64,000 nucleotides of DNA from Malacoraja senta (Eukaryota): the NCBI GenBank assembly GCA_038087875.1, contig CM075987.1, positions 23,190,001 to 23,254,000 on the forward strand, given 5' to 3'. Below, in pieces: positions 43,116 through 54,634 of this stretch. A model generated the notes under the pieces. The model was not told the origin of the DNA and made no database searches. It saw nothing but the letters and a program-made list of their open reading frames with translations. A program made the translations under genes and the position numbers. Numbering within the stretch: position 1 is the stretch's first letter; every line of letters starts with the position of its first letter.

Positions 43116-44648
43116 TGACAGTTTTCCTTGGAGCAGGAAGAGGTTAAGAGGACACTTGTTTCAACATCCTCCTCATCTCCTTCCTAAAGGAATGTCCTTT
43201 AATTCTGAGTATCGAGATGTTTCACAGTAGCCTAAGCAGACAAACCTTTCGAGTTTGCAAACTGAACTCAGAAACTAAACTCAAGCAAACTTTTTGACTT
43301 TGAACTGTGTAAGGCATGAGTGAATGAAATGTCGATTGTTTTCACCAAATGTGGTGCTGGGACTAACAGCCCAGGCAGGCGAGCCAAAGTAGATGAGAGC
43401 TCAGTACTGCTGCCCCTTCTAACCTTGTGTTTGTTTACCATGTGTGAAAGCAGGTCAGATAGCTGAGGGCATGAGATTGAATCTCAATGTGGATCAGAAC
43501 CAGTGGAAACTACGAACCAGCGACAATCCGTGTATCCCAGAAAATGTTGGTTCCTGCAGGAACAAAGAGAATAGGGATTCGGGGAGAGGCGAAGAGAGAG
43601 GCGTGAATTTGAGGAATGATCCTGCTTTACAGAACTCCACTGATCATTTGAAAAGGCTGGAGTAACTCAGCGGGCCAGACATCATCTCTGGAGGAGAAGA
43701 ATAGGTGACATTTCGGGTCGAGACCCATCTTTTTCTCCGGAGATGCTGCCTGACCTGCTGAGTTCCTCCAGCTTTTTGTGTCTATCTTGGGTTTAAACCA
43801 GCACCTGCAGTTCCTTCCTACACACACTGATTTTTTTTGGTAGATGTCCCACAGAGCTCCACTTCCCTGTCTCCCTGCCAAGCTATTTTTGAATTCTAAT
43901 CACTGTTCATAAATTTAATTAGTAATTGGTGTTTTTTTGACAGATCCATTTGAAAAATAAAACAAATTCACAAAGGACATTTTCAAATCAGTGGCTACTA
44001 ATTACCTCAACCTCACACTGTCAAACTTTAATTACCAGCAGACCAACTCGTCATCTCTTGTCAGCTTTTTAAACCCCGTCGACCCACTCTGCTTATAGCA
44101 GTCCTTGAGAAACAGCTGAGGACTAGTTGGGGCCGTTCCTGACAACGTACGCTGGCATCGGGATGGGTGGGTGAGCCATGCTGGTTTGTGAGTATGGCAA
44201 GCAAGTGATTTCTCCAATGCCACAAGTAATTCAATCATTTCCTCTCCACTGTATTGCAGTCTACGATACAGTATTCTTGATTAGTGCGGGTGTCAGAGGT
44301 TATGGGGAGAAGGCAGGAGAATGGGGTAAGGGGGGAGAGATAGATCAGCCATGATTGAATGGCGGAGTAGACTTGATGGGCCGAATGGCCTAATTCTGTC
44401 CCATATAACCATATAACCATATAGCCATTACAGCACGGATACAGGCCATCTCGGCCCTTCAAGTCCGTGCCGAACATTTTTTTTTTTCTATCACTTATGA
44501 CCCAAGCCGGGACAGATCATCAATGTGTGGCTGCAAGCCCTGCATTACTGCACTTCATTCTGCATTGGTGCGGATGTGAGCCTGGTTGGCACCAGCTAAA
44601 TGCAGCTGCCACATTCTGATGGGCCCATTGTCTTCTGACCAACAACAT

Positions 44649-44965
44649 GGCGGCACGGTGGCGCAGCGGGTAGTGTTGCTGTTTCACCGCGCCAGAGACC
44701 CGGGTTCGATCCTGACCACGTGTGCTATCTGTATGGAGTTTGCACGTTCTCCCTGTGACCGCGTGGGTTTGCCCCGGGTGCTCCAGTTTCCTCCCACACT
44801 CCAAAGAGGTGCAGGTTTGTAGGTTAATTGGCTTCTGTAAATGTTAACTTGTCCCTTGTGTGGGTGGGATAGTGCTGGTGTACGGACTGATCGCTGGTGA
44901 GTGCGGACTTGGTGGGCCGAAGGGGCCGGGTTTCCACGGTGTATCTCTAAGGTCTAAAGTCTAAA
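44649..44965 (+). mobile_element. V-SINE
   Basis: Head, V-domain and tail. Confidence 0.8.
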
Positions 44966-46557
44966 TCGGGGTTCTGAACAATCCTTCCATAAACCTAGGG
45001 TTCAATCTGATTCACCTCCCCCCCATTGAGGACATTGGACTTTGTCTATTGAGCTGATGTGCTACCTGCTGAGAACTATATTCTGCACTCTGTATCTCCC
45101 CCTTTGCTCTGTATCTCTCAGGTCTAAAGACACATCTCAATAAACACAAGCCTGAGACTGCTGAGGTCTTGCAAATTGCAGCAATGGATGACCTCGAAGC
45201 TGCAGCCATAGTGATGGTAAGATGGGCCGTGCCATGCCCTTGCTACCTTGGGCTCTTAAAGATAGCGGAGTCAGGGGATATGGGGAGAAGGCAGGAACGG
45301 GGTACTGATTGGGGATGATCAGCCATGATCATATTGAATGGCGGTGCTGGCTCGAAGGGCCGAACGGCCTACTCCTGCACCTATTGTCTATTGTCTATTG
45401 GTACCAATCCAGAGAGGGCTTCTTCCAGCCCAGGTACCTGCCGTTTCAAAGTGCGTCTCGCACCACAGTTCCAGCAAACAAATTGAATGTTTCCAAAACA
45501 ACCAATGTTGAAGAATCCCTTTAGTATCTCAGGCTGTTGGGGAGGTGGTCCCTCCACGCTGGGAAGACCAACATGGTTCACGTGGTGCGTTAGTTGGCTG
45601 GGCACAGACCAGATGGCAGGGCTGTGGCAGATTGGCAATGCCAATGGATAGTCGCACCTGCAGGCTGTTGTACACACAACACCCACATGGCCCTTTCTAT
45701 TCAACTTGCTGAGAACCGTGAGTCACACAGTAAATGCGCACTCATGAAATGCAAAGGGAATTTGGAGCATTTAAACAGTGATGGCAGTCAGATAAGCTTC
45801 AATGTGTGACCCCCCCCCCCACCATTTTATGAGCATGTTCCTGCGTTGGCTGGACAACTGATCTTGGCCAGAGGGAGATGGATCACCTACAACACTATAA
45901 ATGTGTAGGAAGGAACTGCAGATGCTGGTTTACACCGAAGATAGACACAAAATGCTGGAGTAACTCAGCGGGACAGGCAGCATCTGCAGATAGAAGGAAT
46001 GGGTGACGTTTCGGGTCGAGACCCTTCTTCAGACTCAGGTCCCGCTGAGTTACTCCAGCATTTTGTTTCTATCTTCACCAACAAACACTTGTTGGGTACA
46101 TGATCTGCTGCAAGTGACCAGGAAGGGATTGGTCCCAGATACAGGGGGTCTTCAACAAGTGGCACAGGGTATATGGACATCACCCACAACAGGCCCATGG
46201 AATAATGATCCATTTCTGGCTGCCCAGAATGAGGAATCTCATGTTCATAAGTCATAGGAGCAGAATTAGGCCATTCAGCCCATCAAGTCTACTCCGCCAT
46301 TCAATCGTGGCTGATCTAGCTGTCCCTCTCAACCCCATTCTCCTGCCTTCTGCCCATAACCCTTGACACCCCTGAATCTATTTAAATATCTGAATATCTA
46401 AATATCTGAACCTGAATAAATATTTCTTAAACCTGTGATAATACCTGCATCAATGACCTTCTCCAGCAGCTTGTTCCATACACTTGCCACACTTTGTGTA
46501 AAACATTTGCCCCCTTAGGTTCCTATTGAATCTTTCCCCCCCTCACCTTAAACCTAA

Positions 46558-46897
46558 AGGGCCTGTCCCACTTACGCGACCTTTACAGGTGACTGCCGGC
46601 ACCCGTGACAGGTCGCGGAAATTTTCAACATGTTGAAAATTCAGCAGCGACCAGAAAGTCAAGTCAAGTCAATTTTGTTTCTATAGCACATTTAAAAAAC
46701 AACTCTCGTTGGCCAAAGTGCTTTACATCGGTGGAGGTACTAACGAAAGACGCTACGACTCTTTGGAGACCTCTCACGACCATAGGAGACCTCTCACGAC
46801 CCCGGTCATGGTCGTGAGAGGTCTATCTGAACATTTCGGCGACCTATCACGGATGCCAGCAGTCTCCTGCAAAGGTCACGTAAGTGGGACAGGCCCT
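46558..46897. mobile_element. Harbinger-type MITE carrying an L2-like LINE tail (46659-46744)
   Basis: TAA TSD; nested insert flanked by a gaaag duplication with a (ttgac)n tail on the minus strand. Confidence 0.8.
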
Positions 46898-47544
46898 TAA
46901 GTCCTCTGGTTATCGATACCCTTCCTCCGGGCTAAAGACTCTGTGCATTTACCCGATCTATTCCCCTCATGATCTCGAACACCTCTATAAGATCACCCCT
47001 CAGTCTCCTTGCACTACAAGGAAAATCCCATTCTCCTGCCTTCTCCCCTTAACCTTTACAGTAACCTTTTACTAATCAAGTTTTGTATACTGTCTAGTCT
47101 TATTTATGATTTAGTTTATCAAGAACCTGTCCATCCGCGCTTTAAAATACCCTATGACGTGGCCTACACAGCCTTCTGTGACAACGAATTCCACAGATTC
47201 GCCACCCTCTGGCTAAAGAAGTTCCTCCTCATCTCCTGTCTAAAGGTTTCTTCATTCGAGAGAACAGAAAAGGGTAAAGGATGTTGAGATGCAGAGTGCA
47301 GAATGTAGTTCTCGGCATTGTAGCACACCAGTTCCATAGACAAAGTCCAATGTGCCCTCTGGTCCCAGACTCTCCCACTAGTGGAACAAATCCTCTCCAC
47401 ATCAGCTCCATCCACTGATATCTGCACCAAAGCCCCTTCATGTTCCCTGGATTTCAATGGAGGTCAGTACAATGAAGCTATCGCAGAGAGTCCAGGGAGA
47501 GAGCATTTTTCGGAGATGATCTTGACATTCACCGTCCTATTTTC

Positions 47545-47855
47545 TTTAGTGTACTTTAGAGATACAGTGTGTAAACAGGCCCTTCGGCCCACCGAGTCCA
47601 CGCTGACCAGCGATCCCCGCGCACTAACACTATCCTACACACACTGGGGACAATTTACAATTATACCAAGCCAATTAGCCTATGAACTGGTACGTCTTTG
47701 GAGTGTTTGGGGAAACGAGAGCCTCTCGGAGAAAACCCACGCGGGTCACGGGGAAAATGTACAAACTCCGTACAGACGGCACCCGTAGTCAGGATCGAAC
47801 CCTGGTCCCTGGGGCTGTGAGGCAGCAACTCTGCCGCTGCGCCACCATGCCGCCC
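47545..47855 (-). mobile_element. V-SINE
   Basis: Full-length copy. Confidence 0.8.
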
Positions 47856-47929
47856 TATTCTCTGCCACCATATTCTGCCATCCATGCCCTGCACATACTG
47901 GCAAGCGGAGAGCATTCCCATCAGACTGA

Positions 47930-48395
47930 AACCTTAATGAGGGAAGGTTAATGAGAGAAACCTTAATCCGATCAGCAGAGAAGGTTATTGGCTGCAACCT
48001 TCCCTCCATTGATGAACTGTACACTGCAAGGACCAGGAAGCGAGCGGGCAAGATCATCTCTGACCCCTCTCACCCTGGCCACAAACTCTTTGAATCACTT
48101 CCCTCTGGAAGGCGACTCCGGACTGTCAAAGCTGCCACAGCCAGACATAAAAACAGTTTTTATCCACGAGTAGTTGCTCGACTCAACAGCCAAAAATCTG
48201 TAGCCTCCCTTTGATCTGGTATTTTGTTTGGTTCACATGCTTGATCAATGGTGTTTTATCATTAATGCTTTATTATTATTAACGTTCAGTGTTCTCTGAG
48301 TCATTCGTAACTGTCACTGTATGTCATGTTGTTACTTGTGGGCGGAGCACCAAGGCAAATTCCTTGTATGTGAATACTTGGCCAATAAACTACTT
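47930..48395 (+). mobile_element. Rex1/Babar-type LINE 3' fragment
   Basis: IRSAEKVIGCNLPSIDELY...IISDPSHPGHKLFESLPSGRRLR...RHKNSFYP. Confidence 0.8.
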
Positions 48396-49760
48396 TAAGA
48401 AAGAAGAAAGATTTGCTCTTCTACAGCGCTCTTCTCAACCTCAGGCATCTGGGCAGCCAGAAATGGATCATGATTCCATGGGGCCTGTTGTGGGTGATGT
48501 CCATATACCCTGTGAGATTCCACGGGGCCTGTTATGGGTGATGTCCATATACCCTGTGCCACTTGTTGTAGAATGTCTCAGGCATCTCAACCTCAGGCAT
48601 CTGAAAGGACTGCAGCCAATTTGTGTACAACTGGGGCACACTTGCTGCTTTTTCTGAACCAAAATTAGGTATTAGTTTCTGGCCCGTACTCCAGGAAGAA
48701 CTTACTGCTCTCTTTTGAAATAGCTTTTCTGTGATCTTTAATATTCATTCGAGAGGGCAGGAAAAAGGTTTGTGATTTTACGAGCCCAGTGAGACGGCCC
48801 GAATTTTAATCAGCCCGAACCAGACCAGCAGTGAATTCCCTGAGCCTCTCTGACAGCGGAGCAGCAGCCATTTTGTGATCCCCATGCCTGGGGTGACAAG
48901 TAAGCCCATTATGTTCTGGATGCTTCAGGGACATAAGTTAATTCCAGAATAAAAGCATTGTGTTTTGCCGGGTAACTGTTCGCTTGCATTTTCACGCGGC
49001 CTACAACAAGAGAGAGAGATTTCCTTAGAGTCGAACAATCTGGCGGCAGATAATGGCAAACCGTCAAAGGTAATCTTGATTAAGGATCAGGGGGGGGAAA
49101 CTGATGCAAAGCAAAGCTGGTGTATTCATTAACTGCTGGGAACTGAGTTTTCTGCAAAATATAATGAGTTACCAGCACATTGTGACATCTCTCTGCTTGA
49201 ACTAAAGGCATAGTGACTTCCTATGCCTGCTTCCCACTGCTCAAGTGCTCCCACTGATTTCTTTTGAAAGGAGGAAATGAATTTGTTGAAAGATGTGCGA
49301 TGATGATTTCAGAAAGAAGTGCAGGTGCTCATTCATCTTAATAGTATCACTTGTCGGCCGGCTAAAGGCTAGGATTTATTCCAAGCTTCATCTCTCCACT
49401 GGACTTGACTGAAATTAATATTTGTCACTTACATTGTGATGGTTGCGTTTGCATTGTGACCGGCGAAGAGTTACGATCCCCTTCACAACACGAGGCACCA
49501 TCCATGTTCCCCAGGCACCCTCAGGCTGTAGAATTGTTGAGTGAGTGATATTCATCCCGACTGACCCTGAGATGAGGTGAATCCTGACTGTGATTTTGCC
49601 AACAGGACCGAGAGGGATGTTTCACTACTTTTATCCATTAGTATTCAGGCTGTGCTTGTATATAATCTATCAAGTTAAGCTTTGGCCAAGTAAGAGTTAG
49701 AGAGTCAGGTCCCATTCGAAGAACTTGGTTCTCTTGTTCATACAGTACGTGGGATGTGGG

Positions 49761-49827
49761 GGCCCCACAGCAGAAGCGTCCACGTCGCGGGGCTGGAAGC
49801 TGGAAGTATCCTGAGCTAATTCTACCA
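49761..49827 (+). ncRNA. HDV-like (CPEB3-like) ribozyme, partly decayed
   Basis: GGCCCC-A-CAGCAGAA-GCG-UCCACGU-CGC-GGGGCU-GG-(P4)-C-UAA-UUCUACCA. P1 has 6 bp with G-U; P3 and P1.1 are intact; distal P2 is mismatched. Confidence 0.7.
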
Positions 49828-49955
49828 CCACCGTCATCTATTGCCACAAGTGATGGCTCCTACTGATTGTCGCCGGAAGCTTGCGTCCTTTTCAGGACGG
49901 ACGATGATAGCGATGTCAACATTTGAAACGTGGAAGATGGACAGGAAGGAAGAAG
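49761..49955 (+). mobile_element. 195-bp internally deleted Vingi-like retroelement with a 5' HDV/CPEB3-like ribozyme
   Basis: 12-bp TSD gtgggatgtggg at 49749-49760 and 49956-49967; gaaggaagaag tail; short ATG-initiated remnant (MAPTDCRRKLASFSGRTMIAMS) after the ribozyme. Confidence 0.75.
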
Positions 49956-50489
49956 GTGGGATGTGGGAGTTAATAGTCAATAACGGCTTTAGTGTTTTAT
50001 TTGTCACATATGCAACTGCACGGTGACATTCTTTTTACATCTATTACACATGCGGGCACTGACGATTTTGGTGCCATTATTCAAAGTCCAAAGTCCAGTC
50101 GGCTCATCCGGCCATCTTTGTGTCCCGGGGACACCTCCTGCAGCCGGCCTTGGTGCTGGAGGCATTACCTCGGTTCGCCCCCCTACCGGCCCTTCCTCCT
50201 CCTCGCCTCCGACATCTCTATCTCTCTCCCGGTCCCACCCACCGACCGACCGACGAACCTTCGGGCGGGCCCTGACGAGCCTTAGAGTCACAGAGTCATA
50301 CAGCACGGAAACAGGCACTTCGGCCCAATTTGTTCATACCGACCGACATGCCCCATCTACACTTGTCCCACCTGCCCACGTCCCCCCCCCCCCCCCCACC
50401 CCCCGTATCTCTCTAAACCTGTCCTATCCATGTACCTGTCCAAATGTCTTTTAAATGTTGCTCACTGAACTTGACGATAAGAAATGTTG

Positions 50490-50690
50490 TATCAAGGAAC
50501 TGCAGATGCTGGTTTAAACCCAAGATAGGCACAAAATGCTGGAGTAACTCAGCCGGTCAGGCAGCATCTCTGGAGAAAGGTAACGGGTGATGTTTCAGAT
50601 CTGAAGAAGGGTCTCGACCCGAAACATCACCCACTCCTTTTCTCCAGAGATGCTGCCTGACCTGCTGAGTTACTCCAGCTTTTTGTGTCC
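50490..50690. mobile_element. Second Penelope-derived hairpin subfamily (representative copy)
   Basis: aaggaactgcagatgctggtttaaacc...gctggagtaactcagc arms, inverted. Related copies lie near 14430, 15965, 23730, 25530, 36688, 43650, 45903, 51997 and 61000. Confidence 0.7.
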
Positions 50691-50858
50691 CTCATCAATG
50701 AGAATTGTTCTCTGTCAGCATCTCTTGCCTGTCCTCATTTGCCTCTCAAAAGTTGGGACAAAAGACCTGCTTCCCCACTTTATGACACTATAATTCTCTA
50801 ATACTCTATATCATTCTCAGCCAAACACTGTCACTCTCTCTGGTTTATATTCTGTATT

Positions 50859-51160
50859 GGGGCGGCACGGTGGCGCAGCGGTAGAGTTGCTACCTTACAG
50901 CGCCAGAGTCCCGGGTGCGATCCTAACCGTGGGTGCTGTCTGAATGGAGTTTGCACGTTCTCCCTGAGACCGTGTGGGATTTCTCCGGTGTCGTCCGGTT
51001 TCCTCCCACACTCCAAGGTCGTACAGGTTTGTAGGATAATTGGCTTCTGTAAATTGTAAATTGTTCCTAGTGTGTAGGATATTGCTAGTGTACGGGGTGA
51101 TCGCTGGTCGGCACGGACCCGGCGGGCCGAAGGGCCTGTTTCCATGCTGCACCACTAAAG
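50859..51160 (+). mobile_element. V-SINE
   Basis: Full-length copy. Confidence 0.8.
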
Positions 51161-53275
51161 TGTATAGAATGAAGTTCTGTAATAGGATCTCAACTGTGTT
51201 CATGCCAGAGCCTAACCTCAGCACCAGTGAGTAGGTTATTGATGGGTAAGTGTGGCTTTGCAGTGCTGTCTGTGACAATGTGCCAGCCACTTTGTTTAAA
51301 GCTGAGAGTGTACTGATGGAACACTGATTAGATTGTATTTGCCCTCAGTATCTGGGCTGTTTGAAACACTAACAGGGTGACTTCGGTGCTGTAGCTTTAA
51401 TTGGAACTGCTGGGCTGAAGGGTCGAGTACTTCAGGAGAGCAAATCTCCAGCAGGACAGCGGTGATGATGGCAGGACCTGCTGGCTGGTGTGTGCAACTC
51501 CTACTTCATATCACATGTGGAGTGAATAGAATTGGCTCAACACTGGATTCTGTGATGGTGGAGCCATGTGGCGGAGCGGGGGAGCCAAGCTGGATCATCC
51601 GCTCAGCGTTCCTGAACGTTTTGGGTTGGGAGCAACAGTCTGAAGAAGGGCCCCAACACCAAACCATGCCTATCCATGTCCTCCAGAGATGCTGCCTCAC
51701 CCACTAAGTTGCTCCAGCACTCTGTGTTCTACAGAGCCTCAGAGACACTTTGAAAGCCTGTGATTCGCCTGATAATGGTGCAGGCTGCTCACACAACACC
51801 AGAAATCTCAGACCTGGCGTCATTTTTAGATTCCTCTGCGTTCTTTAATGTTTTATTTTTCATAGTGTGAAACGTTGTGTGCTCCAGTTTCTAGACAGGG
51901 ACTGCCAGTTAACAACTCCCAAAGGTACCATCACGATCTGGTGTACCTACACCAGGTACAGTAGGTTAAGCAGGCTTTTGCTTTGTGTTAAAAAAAATAC
52001 ACAAAATGCTGGAGTAACTCAGCGGGTCAGGCTGCATCTCTTGAGGACATGGGTAGGCAACGTTTCCGGTCAGGACCCTTCTTCGGACTGATTGTAGTAA
52101 GGGGGAGAAAGCTGGAAGAGGGGTAGGGACGGGACAGAGCCTGGCAAATGATAGGTGAAGATAGACACCTATTCCCATTCTCCAGAGAAGCTGCCTGTCC
52201 CGTTGAGTTACTCCAACATTTTGTGTCTATCTTCGGTGTAAACCAGCATCTGCAGTTCCTACACAAACGACAGGTGGATTCAGGTGAGGGAGAGGTGGGA
52301 AGGGGGTAGATTGGCAGATGCATGGACAAAGGCTAGAGATAAAACAAAGAGGTGCAAGATGAGGAGAGGAGTGCAATGTGAAGCTGGAGGAAAGGATACA
52401 GGTAGAAGCAGTCGGTTTAGTCCCTAGCTCAGAACATGCCATAGCACTTTGGAGACAAAGATGAATGATTTTTGAAGGATAATATTATAAAGGAAATGTG
52501 TTGCTAATTGCATAAACAGCAAATCACATCAACAAAATAATACAATAAGTTCTTAAGTTCATGTGATAGGAGCAGAATTAGGCCATTCGGCCCATCAAGT
52601 CTACTCCGCCATTCAATCATGGCTGATCTATCTCTCCTAACCCTTCTCCTGCCTTCTCTCCATAACCCCTGACACCCATACTAATCAAAATATATATAAT
52701 ATCATATCATATATAATATCATATAATATCATATAATATAAGGATGAATGGCAGTGAATGAAGAGGCTGTAAGGGAATAAGAGCAGGGTGACTGTATCAG
52801 AAATATCCTCTTTAATGGAGACTGCCGTCCCGCATGGTATCAGTGGGCAGAATGATAGGTGCTTCTGTTTTTCTTGCACATTGAATGGCGGTGCTGGCTC
52901 GAAGGGCCGAATGGCCTACTCCTGCACCCATTGTCTATTGTCTATTGCTGTGAGCCTGTGTTGCACAGGGTTTCATCATCCAAGATTCTACACAACAGTT
53001 TTAAATTTAGAATAGACCAGTTGTGATAAAATGCTGTTGTTGTTATTGTTGCATAATCAAATCCCTTCCCTGCCAACTCCCAGCAATAACCTATTTATTC
53101 CTGTGAAGATCACAAGGTTTCTGCTCGAAACCACAGAAGTGGATTGAGTGCTGGTTCAGGAGGATAATTTGCTTGGGTTTGTTTTTAACGCCTGCTTAGG
53201 TCAAACTCTGGGTGATGATAAATATTCAGTACCTACCACAGACTTGGGCCTTTCAATTCACCTTTAAATACTGAT

Positions 53276-53579
53276 GTTTAAGAAGGGACTGCAGATGCTG
53301 GAAAATCGAAGGAAGACAAAAATGCTGGAGAATGCTTGGGCAGTTTACACCCCAGCGGTATGAACATTGACTTCTCAAAATTCAGGTAGTCCCTGCTTTC
53401 TCCTCCCCTTCCCAGCTCTCCCTCAGCCCACTGTCTCTGCCTCTTCCTTTCTTCTCCCCCCCCCCCCTCCCCACCCTCACATCAGTCTGAAGAAGGGTCT
53501 CGACCCGAAACGTTGCCTATTTCCTTCTCTCCATTGATGCTGCCTCACCCGCTGAGTTTCTCCAGCATTTTTGTCTACC
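53276..53579 (+). mobile_element. Penelope-like element 3' end (ORF C-terminus, 3' UTR, hammerhead motif) with an inverted short terminal copy
   Basis: LGSLHPSGMNIDFSKFR* (53336-53389) resembles the GIY-YIG C-terminus of vertebrate PLEs; ctgaagaagggtctcgacccgaaacgtt motif; near-perfect direct repeat acctttaaata(c/t)tgatg on both flanks. Confidence 0.8.
53487..53514 (+). ncRNA. Minimal hammerhead ribozyme motif of Penelope-like element
   Basis: CUGAAGA-A-GGGU(cucg)ACCC-GAAAC-GUU. Minus-strand copies ending in GUC lie near 28720-28748, 46005-46033, 53785-53813 and 61068-61097. Confidence 0.65.
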
Positions 53580-53991
53580 TTTAAATATTGATGATTCTGT
53601 TGTTTCGCTGGAACAAAACCATCTTCAAGTAATCTTGAGGCCGACCTAAACCGTCTGCTTGGGAGCTGTAGACGGAGCGTGTCTGGGAAGTCGAGACTGG
53701 AGATTTAGTTCAAACAGTGAGAGTAGTACGAAGATAGACAGAAAATCCCGGGGACAGGCAGCGCCTCTGGAGAGAAGGAATGGGTGACGTTTCGGGTCGA
53801 GACCCTTCTTCAGACTGAGAGTCAGGGGAGCGGGAGACATAGAGATATGGAAGGGTAAGGAGTGAAAACGAGAGATCAAAGGGGATCAAGTTCAAGGAAA
53901 ATGTAGACTGGATCATTGTTAGTTGAAGGGAAGGTGACAATGAGGCAAAAAATCTGTAAAATTTAATCAGGACAGTCAAACTAGTCCGACA

Positions 53992-54398
53992 TAGATACAT
54001 AGAAACATAGAAAATAGGTGCAGGAGGAGGCCATTCAGCCCTTCGAGCCAGCACCAGCATTCATTGTGATCATGGCTGATGGTCCCCTATCAATAACCCG
54101 TGCCTGCCTTCTCCCCATATCTCTTGATTCCACTAGCCCCTAGAGCTCTATCTAACTCTCTCTTAAATCCATCCAGTGATTTGGCCTCCACTGCCCTCTG
54201 TGGCAGGGAATTCCATAAATTCACAACTCTCTGGGTGAAAACGTTTTTTCTCACCTCAGTCTTAAATGACCTCCCCTTTATTCTAAGACTGTGGCCCCTG
54301 GTTCTGGACTCGCCCAACATTGGGAACAATTTTCCTGCATCTAGCTTGTCCAGTCCTTTTATAATTTTATATGTTTCTATAAGATCCCCCCTCATCCT
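53992..54398 (-). mobile_element. CR1 LINE 3' fragment
   Basis: ORF 54090-54395, RGDLIETYKIIKGLD...GYGEKAGTGY-like. Confidence 0.9.
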
Positions 54399-54434
54399 TC
54401 CCCTTCAGCCTACAATGATCCATTCTACAGTTTC

Positions 54435-54634
54435 NNNNNNNNNNNNNNNNNNNNNNNNNNNNNNNNNNNNNNNNNNNNNNNNNNNNNNNNNNNNNNNNNN
54501 NNNNNNNNNNNNNNNNNNNNNNNNNNNNNNNNNNNNNNNNNNNNNNNNNNNNNNNNNNNNNNNNNNNNNNNNNNNNNNNNNNNNNNNNNNNNNNNNNNNN
54601 NNNNNNNNNNNNNNNNNNNNNNNNNNNNNNNNNN
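54435..54634. other. Assembly gap (200 N)
   Basis: N run. Confidence 1.

Noticed and set aside
50272..50280. CUGACGAG hammerhead-like box (also CUGAUGAG near 33503)
   Set aside because: No stem II followed by GAAA at a suitable distance.
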